DNA from: Syntrophales bacterium
GTDB lineage: Bacteria; Desulfobacterota; Syntrophia; Syntrophales; UBA6807
Reading direction: 5' to 3'
DNA length: 64,000 bases
Assembly (NCBI GenBank): GCA_040767195.1
Contig: JAXGPA010000001.1
Location: 128,001-192,000, forward strand
The position numbers and the translations under genes were made by a program. Positions within the stretch are counted from its first letter, which is position 1. Each line of letters starts with the position of its first letter. Below the pieces are notes generated by a model. It was not told the DNA's origin. It did no database searches and saw nothing but the letters and a program-made list of their open reading frames with translations. Below, one piece after another: positions 9,591-21,565 of this stretch.

Positions 9591-10613
9591 ATGAAAACAG
9601 TGACCGATGCGGATTTCGAAAGGACCGTCCGGGTTATCCGGGAACGGGACGAGGAGGCATGCGCCGGTTTCTGGTTCAACCTCATCCAGTACGGGGGGTG
9701 CCGGTTCATCCAGGGAAGCGTCGTGGACGGGGATTCGCCCCGTGGCACCCACAGGGACATCGCCCTCCTCTCCGATACGGTCACCGCCGAGGACATCGCG
9801 GGGTTCTGGCCGGAAATCTCCGGGCACCCCGTCACGCCATCTGAAGAAAGAAGACTGGTCGCCTATCTCTCCACCCGGCCGCCCGATACGGTGGAACTCA
9901 TCGTCCCGGAGAGAAACGTCTCCCGCCCCGTGGACTGGGACATTTTCGAAAACGCCCGGGAATTCGAAATCTACCGGGACCACATTTACCCCGAGATCAT
10001 CAAGATCATGGGGGCCATCATTTCCCGGGACCGGGCCGTCTCATCGGTTCCGCCGCCGGCGCGGCGGTCCCGGGCCGAAAAAACCTTGCCCCTCCGTGTT
10101 CTCGACCTGGGGTGCGGATCGGGAAACCTGATCGAAGCCATCTACGGGCACTTTCGCCGGAAAGGCGGCGCGCTGGGGCCTGCGGGCACCGCTGGGCCCG
10201 GTTCCGGTGCGATGTCTCCCTTCCAGTGTTACGGGGTGGATGTGAGCGAAGAAAACGTCGAGGCGGCGCGAAACCGGGGCCTGGAAAACGTCTTTGAGGG
10301 AGACGCTGAAAAGATCGACGAGATCTTCCCCCCGGGGCTGACCTTCGATCTCATCCTTTTCTGCGGCCTTCTGAACCGCCAGGTCGTTCCCACCAGGGAA
10401 AAAGCACGGGCCATCCTGGGAAAAGCCCTGGAACGGCTCCGTTCCGGAGGTCACGTCATCGTCACCGGCTACACGTCCTGCCATCTCACGGCGGAGGACC
10501 TGGACCGTTCGGGCCTCGAAGTCCTTCAGAAATGTCTCCCCCGCAATCTTTTCAAGGATTATGACCGGTATTTTCTCCGTCAGCTCTACACGGGCCGAAA
10601 AAAACCCTCCTGA
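9591..10613 (+). CDS. Class I SAM-dependent methyltransferase with uncharacterised N-terminal domain
   Basis: VLDLGCGSG, YGVDVS, FDLI, LRSGG motifs. Confidence 0.75.
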   Translation: MKTVTDADFERTVRVIRERDEEACAGFWFNLIQYGGCRFIQGSVVDGDSPRGTHRDIALLSDTVTAEDIAGFWPEISGHPVTPSEERRLVAYLSTRPPDTVELIVPERNVSRPVDWDIFENAREFEIYRDHIYPEIIKIMGAIISRDRAVSSVPPPARRSRAEKTLPLRVLDLGCGSGNLIEAIYGHFRRKGGALGPAGTAGPGSGAMSPFQCYGVDVSEENVEAARNRGLENVFEGDAEKIDEIFPPGLTFDLILFCGLLNRQVVPTREKARAILGKALERLRSGGHVIVTGYTSCHLTAEDLDRSGLEVLQKCLPRNLFKDYDRYFLRQLYTGRKKPS

Positions 10614-10673
10614 CGTCCCCCGAAACCGCCTCGACACCGGCGCCCCGGAGAAAGGTCGCGCCGTTTCCCTTCG

Positions 10674-11603
10674 TCAGGGGTCACAGGAACGGGGATCCCG
10701 CAGATGGGAGATCATGGCGGGGAATTCCCTGCCCATGAATGCCTCCAAGTCCCGGCTTAAAGCGACAAGCCGATTGAGATCGATTCCCGTCTCGATTTTC
10801 GAATGATGGAGCAGGTGAACCGTGTCTTCCGTGGCGATGTTTCCCTTCGCCCCGGGGATGAAGGGGCATCCCCCCAGCCCCCCCAGGGAGGTGTCGAAGA
10901 TCGTCACCCCGTGGCGCAGGGCCTCCCAGAGATTGGCCAGGCCGAGCCCCCGGGTGTTGTGGAGATGGAGGGACAGGGAAACTTCTCCAGTCACGGGCCG
11001 GACCCGGCGAAGAAGATCCCCCACCTGGCCGGGGTGCGCCATTCCCGACGTGTCGGCGAGGCAGATCTCGTCCGGGCCGTGATCCAGAAACGCTTTGACG
11101 AGCCCGGTCACCTTTTCCGGCGGCACCGGCCCCTCGTAGGCGCAGCCGAACGCGTTCATGACCCCGGCCCGGACCTCCATGCCCCGGGATTTCGCCCGGT
11201 CCATGAGACGAAGCGCCTCCGCCGTCGCCTCCGCCACGGTGCGGTTGCTGTTCCGGAGGCTGTGCGTCTCGCTGGCGGAAACGAAAATTCCCCCGTGGGG
11301 CACCCGGCAGCGCAGGGCCCTCTCGAGGCTCTTTTCACCGAGGATGAGGGCGGAAAAAAGAACCCCCGTCGGACGTTCCACACGATCCCAGAGGGCTTCC
11401 GCGTCGGCCATCTGGGGAACGAGGCGGGGGTTGACGAAAGACGACAGCTCGATCCGCCCGATCCCCGACCGGATCAGGCCGTTCACCAGCTCGATCTTCC
11501 GGTCCGTCGGAACGAGGGTTGGTTCGTTCTGGATACCGTCCCGCAGGACGACTTCGTGGATGAAAACCCTCTCCGGTAAAGAATACCCCGTTTCTTTTTT
11601 CAT
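10674..11603 (-). CDS. Hydroxymethylglutaryl-CoA lyase
   Basis: LRDGIQNE, LADTSG, HLHNTRG, GGLGGCPF...GNIATED canonical HMGL motifs. Confidence 0.88.
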   Translation of the reverse strand: MKKETGYSLPERVFIHEVVLRDGIQNEPTLVPTDRKIELVNGLIRSGIGRIELSSFVNPRLVPQMADAEALWDRVERPTGVLFSALILGEKSLERALRCRVPHGGIFVSASETHSLRNSNRTVAEATAEALRLMDRAKSRGMEVRAGVMNAFGCAYEGPVPPEKVTGLVKAFLDHGPDEICLADTSGMAHPGQVGDLLRRVRPVTGEVSLSLHLHNTRGLGLANLWEALRHGVTIFDTSLGGLGGCPFIPGAKGNIATEDTVHLLHHSKIETGIDLNRLVALSRDLEAFMGREFPAMISHLRDPRSCDP

Positions 11604-11710
11604 TTTACACGCCCTTTAACATGGGTGAAGAAAAGCAAGGTTTCTTTCGATCTTACCGAGAAAAAGTCAATCCGGTACGTGTTTAAGTTTCTGTAAAATG
11701 AATTTTCTCG

Positions 11711-11836
11711 GACGGCTTCGTCAAAAGGTCCAGAGTCAAAGCGCTCGAATCCCGAGGAGTGAGGCATACTGACCGGTACGCCGCCGTGACGAGGGGTGAA
11801 GGGCAGCGCCGCCTATGCCCTTTTGACGGAGCCGTC
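11711..11836. mobile_element. 126-bp MITE-like element with 17-bp terminal inverted repeats
   Basis: GACGGCTTCGTCAAAAG ... CTTTTGACGGAGCCGTC (1 mismatch); related partial copies near 26674 and 36981. Confidence 0.65.
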
Positions 11837-11908
11837 AAAATAAATATGCCGAAAGAACCTGACTTGGTCCTCCCGGCATAAGGAATGACTATTTTTCCCT
11901 GTTCAGGG

Positions 11909-12124
11909 TTACTCGAGAACGAGCAGGACCTGGTTGGTGTCCACCTTGTCCTCTTCCGCGACCTTGATTTCCTTCACGGTGCCGTCCACGGGGGCAACGA
12001 TGGGGTTTTCCATCTTCATCGCTTCGAGAATGATGAGCTCCTCATCGGCGCTGACCTGATCACCCACTTCCACGATAATCTCAGCGATCGTTCCGGGCAT
12101 GGGGGCTACGACTTCTACGGCCAT
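11909..12124 (-). CDS. Stand-alone biotin carboxyl carrier protein
   Basis: 71 aa; VVAPMPG, LEAMKMEN biotinylation motif; AGGAGG-like RBS. Confidence 0.9.
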   Translation of the reverse strand: MAVEVVAPMPGTIAEIIVEVGDQVSADEELIILEAMKMENPIVAPVDGTVKEIKVAEEDKVDTNQVLLVLE

Positions 12125-12255
12125 TTGAACTTCCTCCTTCAACATTATTTCATATAGTCATGAGTGCTCTCGACGGAAAGCGAAGGGGGCACTCGAATGA
12201 TCACCGTGTTTTTTTAACGGGGCAGGGGGGAGTGCCCCCCCTGCCATCATGGGTG

Positions 12256-13446
12256 CTATTTTTTCCAGAGCGGATCCGAGGGACCCCACTTCTCGGGAAG
12301 GACGGCCTTCTCGCCCCAGCCCTCGGGAAGCCTCTGGCCCTTCTTCTCGCCCAGCTTCTCCTTCGCCTTCGGGAGACCCGGGCGGGCGAACTTCATGTGC
12401 CCTTCCTTCTGGGTCCGGCCGTTGATGACCGCCTCGGACCGGAGACGCCGGCCGATGGTCTTCTCCATCTTCCGGCCCATCCACAGGACACGGTCCACGT
12501 CGTAGCCGTGCTCGATGCCCAGCTCGTCGATCTGAACGAGAAGGTCTTCCAGGCAGATGAGGCCGACGTACCGGGGGTCTTCGTAGTAGTACTCGCCGGT
12601 GCCCCGGATGGGGGAGTCGTCGAGGAAGTTCGCCGGCTGGCCGCCCAGGCCGCCGAAGCACGCCTCGAAACGGGTGATCCCAGCCTGCAGGGCCGCCAGA
12701 ATCGACGAAGAAGCGACACGCTTCGTCTCGTGGAGATGGCAAAGATGGGCTTCCGGATTCGGCATGGCATCGAGAACCATGGAGAAATACCGGTACACAT
12801 CCGCCGCGTTGGCCGAACCGTCGTGGTCGGCGTGCTCGATGTCGTGGGCGCCGATCTCGAACCAGCGCTTGGTGAACTCCACGGCGTCCTCCAGCTTCGT
12901 GGCGCCGCCGATGGGGCTCCCCCAGATCGTGCTCACCGTCCCCACCATCTTCATCCCCGCGTCACGGGCCTTCTTGATGCACCGCTCCGCTTCCTTCCAG
13001 TAGTTGGGCAGCGTCGTCCCCGAGTTGGCGAAATGATGCTCCTCGTCCGTGGAAACCATCATGAGAATCCGGTCGGGACCGTACCCCTCCTTCCGCCACT
13101 CGATGGCCAGATCCACCGAGGGCTCCCGAATCGTCACGGCGGTGAGGCACAAGTCCTTGTCCAGATCGATGCCCTGGCGGGAAGCCCGCTTCCGGAACTC
13201 GTCGCTCCGCAAGGCCTTCATCACCTCGGCACCGTCCACAAACTGGGGCGTCGTCCCGTGGGCCATGTTGGTCACTTCCAGCTCCCGGCAGCCCGCCAGG
13301 ATGATCTCCTGGCCGTAAAAAATCTTCGCCCGGGTGGAAATGAACTTCTCCTCGTGCTGGAAACCATCGCGAATCGTGATGTCCCCGATGCTCACCTTCT
13401 TCGGCATCCTCGGGAAAACTTTCCAGAGATCATATTCCGTTGCCAT
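12256..13446 (-). CDS. DRE-TIM metallolyase, HMG-CoA-lyase-like (divergent paralogue)
   Basis: IRDGFQHE, HADHDG, HLHETK, GGLGGQPANF. Confidence 0.8.
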   Translation of the reverse strand: MATEYDLWKVFPRMPKKVSIGDITIRDGFQHEEKFISTRAKIFYGQEIILAGCRELEVTNMAHGTTPQFVDGAEVMKALRSDEFRKRASRQGIDLDKDLCLTAVTIREPSVDLAIEWRKEGYGPDRILMMVSTDEEHHFANSGTTLPNYWKEAERCIKKARDAGMKMVGTVSTIWGSPIGGATKLEDAVEFTKRWFEIGAHDIEHADHDGSANAADVYRYFSMVLDAMPNPEAHLCHLHETKRVASSSILAALQAGITRFEACFGGLGGQPANFLDDSPIRGTGEYYYEDPRYVGLICLEDLLVQIDELGIEHGYDVDRVLWMGRKMEKTIGRRLRSEAVINGRTQKEGHMKFARPGLPKAKEKLGEKKGQRLPEGWGEKAVLPEKWGPSDPLWKK

Positions 13447-13492
13447 AAATTTCTTCCTCCTGTGTTGGTATAAACAAGGGTGAACGGGTTTT

Positions 13493-14293
13493 TTATTCGC
13501 CCTTGAAAACGGGTTTTCGCTTCTCCGCGAAGGCGGCCAGGGCTTCCAGGCGGTCCTTCGTGGGAATGGTCACTTCATAGGCCTTGGATTCGAGAGGCAA
13601 CGCCACGCCGAGGCTCGCCTCCATACCGTAATTGATGGCGAACTTCGCCTGGGCCACGCCGATGGGGCCGTTCTTGGCGATTTCCCGGGCCAGTTCGAGG
13701 GCCGCTTCCATGAGCTTGTCCGGCTCCACGACCTTGCTCACCAGGCCGATTTCCAGGGCCGTCTTGGCGTCGAACCGGCGGGCCGTGTAGACGAGCTCCT
13801 TCGCCTTGGCCATGCCGACGATTCTCGGGAGCCGCTGGGTGCCGCCGGCGCCGGGGATGATGGCGAGGCTCGTCTCGGTGAGCCCCATGAGGACGTTGGT
13901 CGAGCAGATCCGAAGATCGCAGGCGAGCGCCAGCTCCGTCCCGCCGCCGAAGGCGAACCCGTTGATGGCGGCGATGACGGGCACCCGTACCTGCTCCACC
14001 GCCGTGAAGGTGTTCCGGATGGTAAAGATGAACCGGCGGACCTGGTCCTGGGTGAGGGTCCGTCTCTCCTTGAGGTCCGCCCCCGTGGAGAAGGACCATT
14101 TCCGAGGTTCGTCACCCGCTTTCGAACCGGTGATGACGATGCACCGGAGGTCCATATCGAAGTTCGCTTCCCGGATGGCGTCGGCCAGTACGGCGAGAAG
14201 ATCGAAATTGAAGCAGTTCATCGCCTCGGGACGATTGAGCGTCAGGATCAGGATGCCGTCTTCCGTCCTTTCCTGCAAAAGTACATCTGCCAT
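13493..14293 (-). CDS. Enoyl-CoA hydratase (methylglutaconyl-CoA hydratase-like)
   Basis: TLNRPEAMN, FSTGADLKE, GGGTELALACD, IPGAGGTQRLPR; liu-like operon context. Confidence 0.88.
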   Translation of the reverse strand: MADVLLQERTEDGILILTLNRPEAMNCFNFDLLAVLADAIREANFDMDLRCIVITGSKAGDEPRKWSFSTGADLKERRTLTQDQVRRFIFTIRNTFTAVEQVRVPVIAAINGFAFGGGTELALACDLRICSTNVLMGLTETSLAIIPGAGGTQRLPRIVGMAKAKELVYTARRFDAKTALEIGLVSKVVEPDKLMEAALELAREIAKNGPIGVAQAKFAINYGMEASLGVALPLESKAYEVTIPTKDRLEALAAFAEKRKPVFKGE

Positions 14294-14340
14294 AGCTGCA
14301 CTCCTTCTTGTCTCTTGAAATGTCTGTCACAGGGTTTATG

Positions 14341-14372
14341 AAAACGGCGGCAGGATAAGAACCTGCCGCCGT
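14341..14372 (-). terminator. Intra-operon hairpin or weak terminator after the carboxyltransferase gene
   Basis: ACGGCGGCAGG-7 nt-CCTGCCGCCGT followed by a short T tract on the minus strand. Confidence 0.5.
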
Positions 14373-14382
14373 CCGGAATACC

Positions 14383-16056
14383 TTACAGCTTCAGATCGCC
14401 CCAATCGGATTTTTCGACGGGCACGCGAAGCGCGATCTCGAAAGCCCTGGCCAGCTTGTCCCGGGCCTCGGAGAAGGCGATGACGCCGTCGTGGAAGTTG
14501 ATGGAGCCGGTGTAGAAGGGATGGCCTTCCTGATCGTACCGGTCCCGCATCATGTTGCGGAACGCCTTCATTTCCTCTTCGTCCACCGCCTGGCCCTTGT
14601 CGACGATGTTTTTCCGCCGGACGGTCTCCACGATGAAGCCCGCCGTCTCACCGGACATGACGGTGGTGCGGCCCCGCATGTTCGTGAAGGCGAATTTCGG
14701 CCGGAAGGCCCGGCCGCACATGCCGTAGTTGGCGGCGCCGTGGTCGGGGCCGATGACGTAGGTGACCTTGGGGCTCTTGAGGCACGAGCAGGCCCGGACC
14801 ATGTCGGAGCCGTATTTTCCGATGCCGCCCCACTCTTCCGCCTTGCCCACCATGTAGCCCGGGGAGCCCTGGAGGAAGAGGACGGGGAGGTTCGAGTTGC
14901 CGCAGCGGATCATCCACTCGGTGGCCTTCCGGGCCGCGTCGATGTAGATGACGCCGCTGGCGTTGGAGGCCACGACACCCACGGGGATCCCCTTGAGCCA
15001 CATCTTGCCGGCGATGATGGCGTCGCCGCGGCCGGGACCGTAGGTGGGCTTGTACTCGTGGAAATAGCTGTCGTCGGCGAGGCACTTGATGGTTTCCTTG
15101 ATGTTGATGTACTTGTAGGTGTCGATGGGGGTGCCCCGCATCATTTCCTTGTAGTCGAACTTGGGTTCCCGGCTCTCACGGCGATCGCTGTAAAGGGTCT
15201 GGGAGGGTTCGAACTCCATGATGTCCCGGAGCTTCTGGATCCCCTCGTCCTGGGTCCGGACGAAGTGGTCGCAGCCGCCCGAGTGCTGGGTGTGGACGTA
15301 GGCGCCGCCCAGGTCTTCCGGGGAAACGGTCTCGCCGATGGCCGACTTCACCATGGGGGGCCCGGCCAGGAAGGCGAAGGACATCTTCTCGATCATGATC
15401 GATTCCGTGGCGAGGTAGACGATGTAGGCGCCGCCCGCCGTGTTCCCGCCCGTGGAGAGGGTGTACTGCTTGATCCCCATGGCGGACATGCGGCACATGT
15501 TGTAGAACATGGAGCCGAAATGGCCGTCATCGGCGAAGCAGCCCACCTGGAGGGGCAGGTTGATTCCGCCCGAATCGGCGATGTAGATGCAGGGCAGACG
15601 GCTCGCCTCGGCGATCGCCTGGGCCCGCATGTGCTTCTTCAGGGTGATGGGGAAATAGGTCCCCGCGGCGTATCGGTTCTCGTTACCGAAAATCATGCAG
15701 TCCTTGCCGTGGACCTTGCCGACGCCGGTGACCATCCCGCCGCCGGGGATGTGGCCCCGCTTTTCCGACTCGTAGATCTCGCCGCCGTAAAGCCGAACCT
15801 TCCCGATGTCGTAGCCGCAGTCCTGCCCGATCTCGAAGAACTCCTCGCCGGGGTCGACGAGCTGGGTGATGAGCTGCCTTACCGGTTTCTTTTTCTGCTT
15901 GGCAAGCCTCTCGACCTGCGCCGCGCCGCCGATATCGTAGGTTTCCTCGCGATGCTTGAAAAGGAGCTCATCCTGTTCCATCCAGTGCTTGAGGTTGGCT
16001 TCCCGTTCCGCCTCGAGCCTCTCGGCCCGGGTCATCTTTTTTCTTTCTTCAGCCAT
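14383..16056 (-). CDS. Acyl-CoA carboxyltransferase subunit (methylcrotonyl-CoA carboxylase beta-like)
   Basis: DSGGINLP, GGNTAGGAY, LAGPPMVK, DLGGAYVH, GAANYGMCGRAF. Confidence 0.88.
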   Translation of the reverse strand: MAEERKKMTRAERLEAEREANLKHWMEQDELLFKHREETYDIGGAAQVERLAKQKKKPVRQLITQLVDPGEEFFEIGQDCGYDIGKVRLYGGEIYESEKRGHIPGGGMVTGVGKVHGKDCMIFGNENRYAAGTYFPITLKKHMRAQAIAEASRLPCIYIADSGGINLPLQVGCFADDGHFGSMFYNMCRMSAMGIKQYTLSTGGNTAGGAYIVYLATESIMIEKMSFAFLAGPPMVKSAIGETVSPEDLGGAYVHTQHSGGCDHFVRTQDEGIQKLRDIMEFEPSQTLYSDRRESREPKFDYKEMMRGTPIDTYKYINIKETIKCLADDSYFHEYKPTYGPGRGDAIIAGKMWLKGIPVGVVASNASGVIYIDAARKATEWMIRCGNSNLPVLFLQGSPGYMVGKAEEWGGIGKYGSDMVRACSCLKSPKVTYVIGPDHGAANYGMCGRAFRPKFAFTNMRGRTTVMSGETAGFIVETVRRKNIVDKGQAVDEEEMKAFRNMMRDRYDQEGHPFYTGSINFHDGVIAFSEARDKLARAFEIALRVPVEKSDWGDLKL

Positions 16057-16318
16057 AAATACTACCTCCTCCTTCTTTCAATTAAATGAGCTTTTAATGA
16101 AACACTATGTCTTGCCCCTGGTGATTAACAGGGCATTCCATCGCGAGCGTTTTTCCCGGTAATTACGGACGCCGGGAACATGGTTACCTAACACCTTCCT
16201 CCCGAAAAATCAAGCCGAAAGGGACGGCAAATTCAAATAGCCCGGGAAAACCCTTTTGACAGGAAGGACAAACCGTGTTATTCAGGATCCGCTTAAAAAT
16301 AAAGAGTTTTCTCCTGCC

Positions 16319-17125
16319 ATGAAAGACAAATTCACAGGCCCCGTTCAACCCTCCCTGGATGCCCTTCGGGCGGTCCTCTTAAAACTCCGCTCCCCGGAAG
16401 GATGCCCCTGGGATCAAAAGCAGAAAAAGGAGGATATCCGCCGTTATCTCCTGGAAGAGGCTTACGAGGCGGCCGACGCCGTCGCCGGCGGCGACCCCGG
16501 GGCGGCCCGGGAGGAACTGGGGGACCTCCTGTTCCAGATCCTCTTTCTCGTCCGGATATACGAGGAGACCGGGTCTTTCACCTTCGAGGACGTCCTCCGG
16601 GAAATCACCGAAAAGATGGTCCGCCGGCATCCCCATGTTTTTGGAAACACCTCCGTCGATTCGGTGGAGGAGGTCAGGCAGAACTGGCAGGCCATCAAAA
16701 CCGGAGAAAAAAAAGGCCGGAAGACGGGCTTTTTCGACGGCATCCCCCGTGCCATGCCGGCCCTCCGGCGGGCCGGGGCCATCCAGGAACGGGCGGCCGC
16801 CGTGGGGTTCGACTGGAAGGTTGCCGCGGACGTCCTGCCGAAGGTCCGGGAGGAGCTGGGAGAACTGGAAACCGCCGTGGCCACGGGGAGCCCCGGGGAT
16901 GTCCGGGAAGAGCTGGGAGACCTCCTCTTCGCCCTGGTCAACCTTTCCCGGTTCCTTTCGGTGGACGGAGAAGAAGCCCTCCAGGCCGCCACGGACAAGT
17001 TCATCGGAAGGTTCCTGAAAATCGAAGGCGCCGTCAACGCCCGGGGAGGGACCCTTTCAGCGGCTTCCCTGGAGGAGATGGACGCCCTCTGGAACCGCTT
17101 CAAGACGGAAGAAAGGAAATCTTAG
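16319..17125 (+). CDS. mazG: Nucleoside triphosphate pyrophosphohydrolase MazG
   Basis: GCPWD, LEEAYE, EELGDLL (twice), RRHPHVF. Confidence 0.93.
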   Translation: MKDKFTGPVQPSLDALRAVLLKLRSPEGCPWDQKQKKEDIRRYLLEEAYEAADAVAGGDPGAAREELGDLLFQILFLVRIYEETGSFTFEDVLREITEKMVRRHPHVFGNTSVDSVEEVRQNWQAIKTGEKKGRKTGFFDGIPRAMPALRRAGAIQERAAAVGFDWKVAADVLPKVREELGELETAVATGSPGDVREELGDLLFALVNLSRFLSVDGEEALQAATDKFIGRFLKIEGAVNARGGTLSAASLEEMDALWNRFKTEERKS

Positions 17126-17132
17126 GAAAGCC

Positions 17133-17321
17133 ATGGAACTTTTTTTGTCGGCCTTGGGGCTCGTTTTCGTTCTGGAGGGCCTCCCCTATTTCGCCTTTCC
17201 CGAGAAAATGAAAGGATACCTTCTCCGGATTGCCGAAATCCCCGAGGGGCAGCTCCGGGTTTTCGGTTTTCTGTCCGTCATCGGCGGACTCGCCCTCGTT
17301 TACTTCACCCGGCAGGGCTGA
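17133..17321 (+). CDS. Small membrane protein, DUF2065 family
   Basis: LGLVFVLEGLPYFAFPEKMK...LRVFG signature. Confidence 0.8.
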   Translation: MELFLSALGLVFVLEGLPYFAFPEKMKGYLLRIAEIPEGQLRVFGFLSVIGGLALVYFTRQG

Positions 17322-17346
17322 AAGCCGTCGCCGCGGGGACATTCCC

Positions 17347-19535
<2,189 letters not shown>

Positions 19536-19593
19536 TTCTTTTTTGCATTAAAGCAAGCCTTTTACGGGTTCATCAATTGAGGAGGAAGAAACG

Positions 19594-19920
19594 ATGATCG
19601 AAACCGCTTATGCCATGGGTACAGCGGGACAGGGCGCCGGCGCGCCCGGAAGCGAGTACCATTTCATCATCCTTATGGGTGCCATTTTCGCCATTTTTTA
19701 TTTTCTGCTCATCCGTCCCCAGCAGAAGCGGCAAAAAGCGGTCAAGGAGATGCTCGACCATCTCGGCCACGGTGATCTGGTCGTCACCGTCGGCGGGATC
19801 CACGGAAAGATCACGGGGATCACCGACACCGTCGTCACCCTTGAAATCGCCGACAAGGTCCGCGTCAAAGTCTCGAAAAACCACATCGCCACGGTAAACC
19901 AGAAGGCGCCGAAAGAATAA
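19594..19920 (+). CDS. yajC: Preprotein translocase subunit YajC
   Basis: FYFLLIRPQQKRQK, GGIHG; tgt-yajC-secD order. Confidence 0.93.
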   Translation: MIETAYAMGTAGQGAGAPGSEYHFIILMGAIFAIFYFLLIRPQQKRQKAVKEMLDHLGHGDLVVTVGGIHGKITGITDTVVTLEIADKVRVKVSKNHIATVNQKAPKE

Positions 19921-19940
19921 GGTACAGAAAGGGATTTCTC

Positions 19941-21542
19941 ATGGCTTCAAACATCAAGTGGAGAAGCATTTTCGCCGTTCTCATCGCCCTGGCGGGTCTT
20001 TTCTACCTGCTCCCCTCGATGACGGATCATCTTCCCGCTTTCTGGAAATCCTACCTGCCCCACGACAAGATTCATCTCGGTCTCGACCTCCAGGGGGGCA
20101 TGCATCTCGTCCTGGAAGTGGATACGGACAAGGCCGTTGAGAACAGCCTCAACCGGACCGCCGGCGACCTCAAGGATTTTCTCATGGACAGGAAGCTCCG
20201 CTTCCGGGCTTTTGAAATCCAGGAAGGCCGCACCATCTCCCTGGAGCTTCCCGGCCCGGAAGAAGACGAGGCATTCCGTAAAATCCTGACGGACAGCTTT
20301 CCAAACCTGGATATCCGCTCGAGCCAGTGGGTCGACGGAAGGGAAACACTCGCCCTCGGTTTCCGGCCCAAGGACGCCGATGGGATCCGGACCTTCGCCG
20401 TGGAGCAGAGCCTGGAAACGATCCGGAACCGCATTGACCAGTTCGGGGTGACGGAACCGGAAATCGTTCCCCAGGGGACAGACCGGATCCTCATCCAGCT
20501 GCCCGGTGTGAAGGATCCGAGACGGGCCATCAATCTCATCGGGAAGACGGCCCTCCTGGAATTTCACCTGGTGGACGAAGAACGCAGCCTCGACGAGGCC
20601 CTGAAGGGGAACGTTCCCGAGGGCAGCGCCGTCTACTACGGCACCCAGTACAACCGCCAGACGGGGCAGAGGGTGAGAAACCCGTATCTCCTCAAAGAAA
20701 AGGCGGTCCTCACGGGGGATGCCCTGGAGAATGCCGTCGTCAAGATCAGTGACCGTTTCGGCGAACCCTACGTGGCCCTGAAATTCAACACCCAGGGCGC
20801 CCGGGACTTCGACCGGATCACCGCGGAAAACGTTAAAAAGCGTCTGGCCATCGTCCTTGACGACGTGGTGCACTCGGCCCCGGTCATCCAGGAGCGGATT
20901 TCCGGCGGGGAAGCCCAGATAACCGGTACGTTCACCATGGACGAAGCCCGGGATCTCGCCATCGTCCTTCGGGCGGGCGCCCTGCCGGCACCGGTGAAAA
21001 TCCTGGAACAGAGAACGGTGGGGCCCTCCCTGGGGCAGGACTCGGTTGAGCAGGGATTCCTCTCCATTATCGTCGGAGGCCTTCTCGTCGTCCTCTTCAT
21101 GGTCGTTTATTACCGTTTCTCCGGCCTCATCGCCAACGTGGCCCTCATCATGAACATCATTCTCATCATGGCCGCGCTGGCGGCCTTCGGGGCCACCCTG
21201 ACCCTCCCGGGCATCGCCGGCATCGTTCTCACTATCGGCATGGCCGTGGACGCCAATGTCCTCATTTTCGAACGAATCCGGGAAGAGCTCCGCCTGGGCA
21301 AAACGCCCAGCGCGGCCATCGCCGCCGGATATTCCAAGGCCTTCATCACCATCGTCGACGCCAATGTGACCACCCTGATCGCCGCCCTCGTCCTTTTCCA
21401 GTTCGGGACCGGGCCCATCAAGGGATTCGCCGTCACGCTCAGCATCGGCATCGTGTGCAGCATGTTCACCGCCATCTTCGTGACCCGGATCTTCTTCGAC
21501 TATCTTCTCTGGTTCCGAAAAATCCGGACGGTCAGCATCTAA
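19941..21542 (+). CDS. secD: Protein translocase subunit SecD
   Basis: LGLDLQGG, RIDQFGVTEP, LRAGALPAP, GMAVDANVLIFERI. Confidence 0.95.
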   Translation: MASNIKWRSIFAVLIALAGLFYLLPSMTDHLPAFWKSYLPHDKIHLGLDLQGGMHLVLEVDTDKAVENSLNRTAGDLKDFLMDRKLRFRAFEIQEGRTISLELPGPEEDEAFRKILTDSFPNLDIRSSQWVDGRETLALGFRPKDADGIRTFAVEQSLETIRNRIDQFGVTEPEIVPQGTDRILIQLPGVKDPRRAINLIGKTALLEFHLVDEERSLDEALKGNVPEGSAVYYGTQYNRQTGQRVRNPYLLKEKAVLTGDALENAVVKISDRFGEPYVALKFNTQGARDFDRITAENVKKRLAIVLDDVVHSAPVIQERISGGEAQITGTFTMDEARDLAIVLRAGALPAPVKILEQRTVGPSLGQDSVEQGFLSIIVGGLLVVLFMVVYYRFSGLIANVALIMNIILIMAALAAFGATLTLPGIAGIVLTIGMAVDANVLIFERIREELRLGKTPSAAIAAGYSKAFITIVDANVTTLIAALVLFQFGTGPIKGFAVTLSIGIVCSMFTAIFVTRIFFDYLLWFRKIRTVSI

Positions 21543-21565
21543 ACAGAAACGCAGGAGACCTTTTC

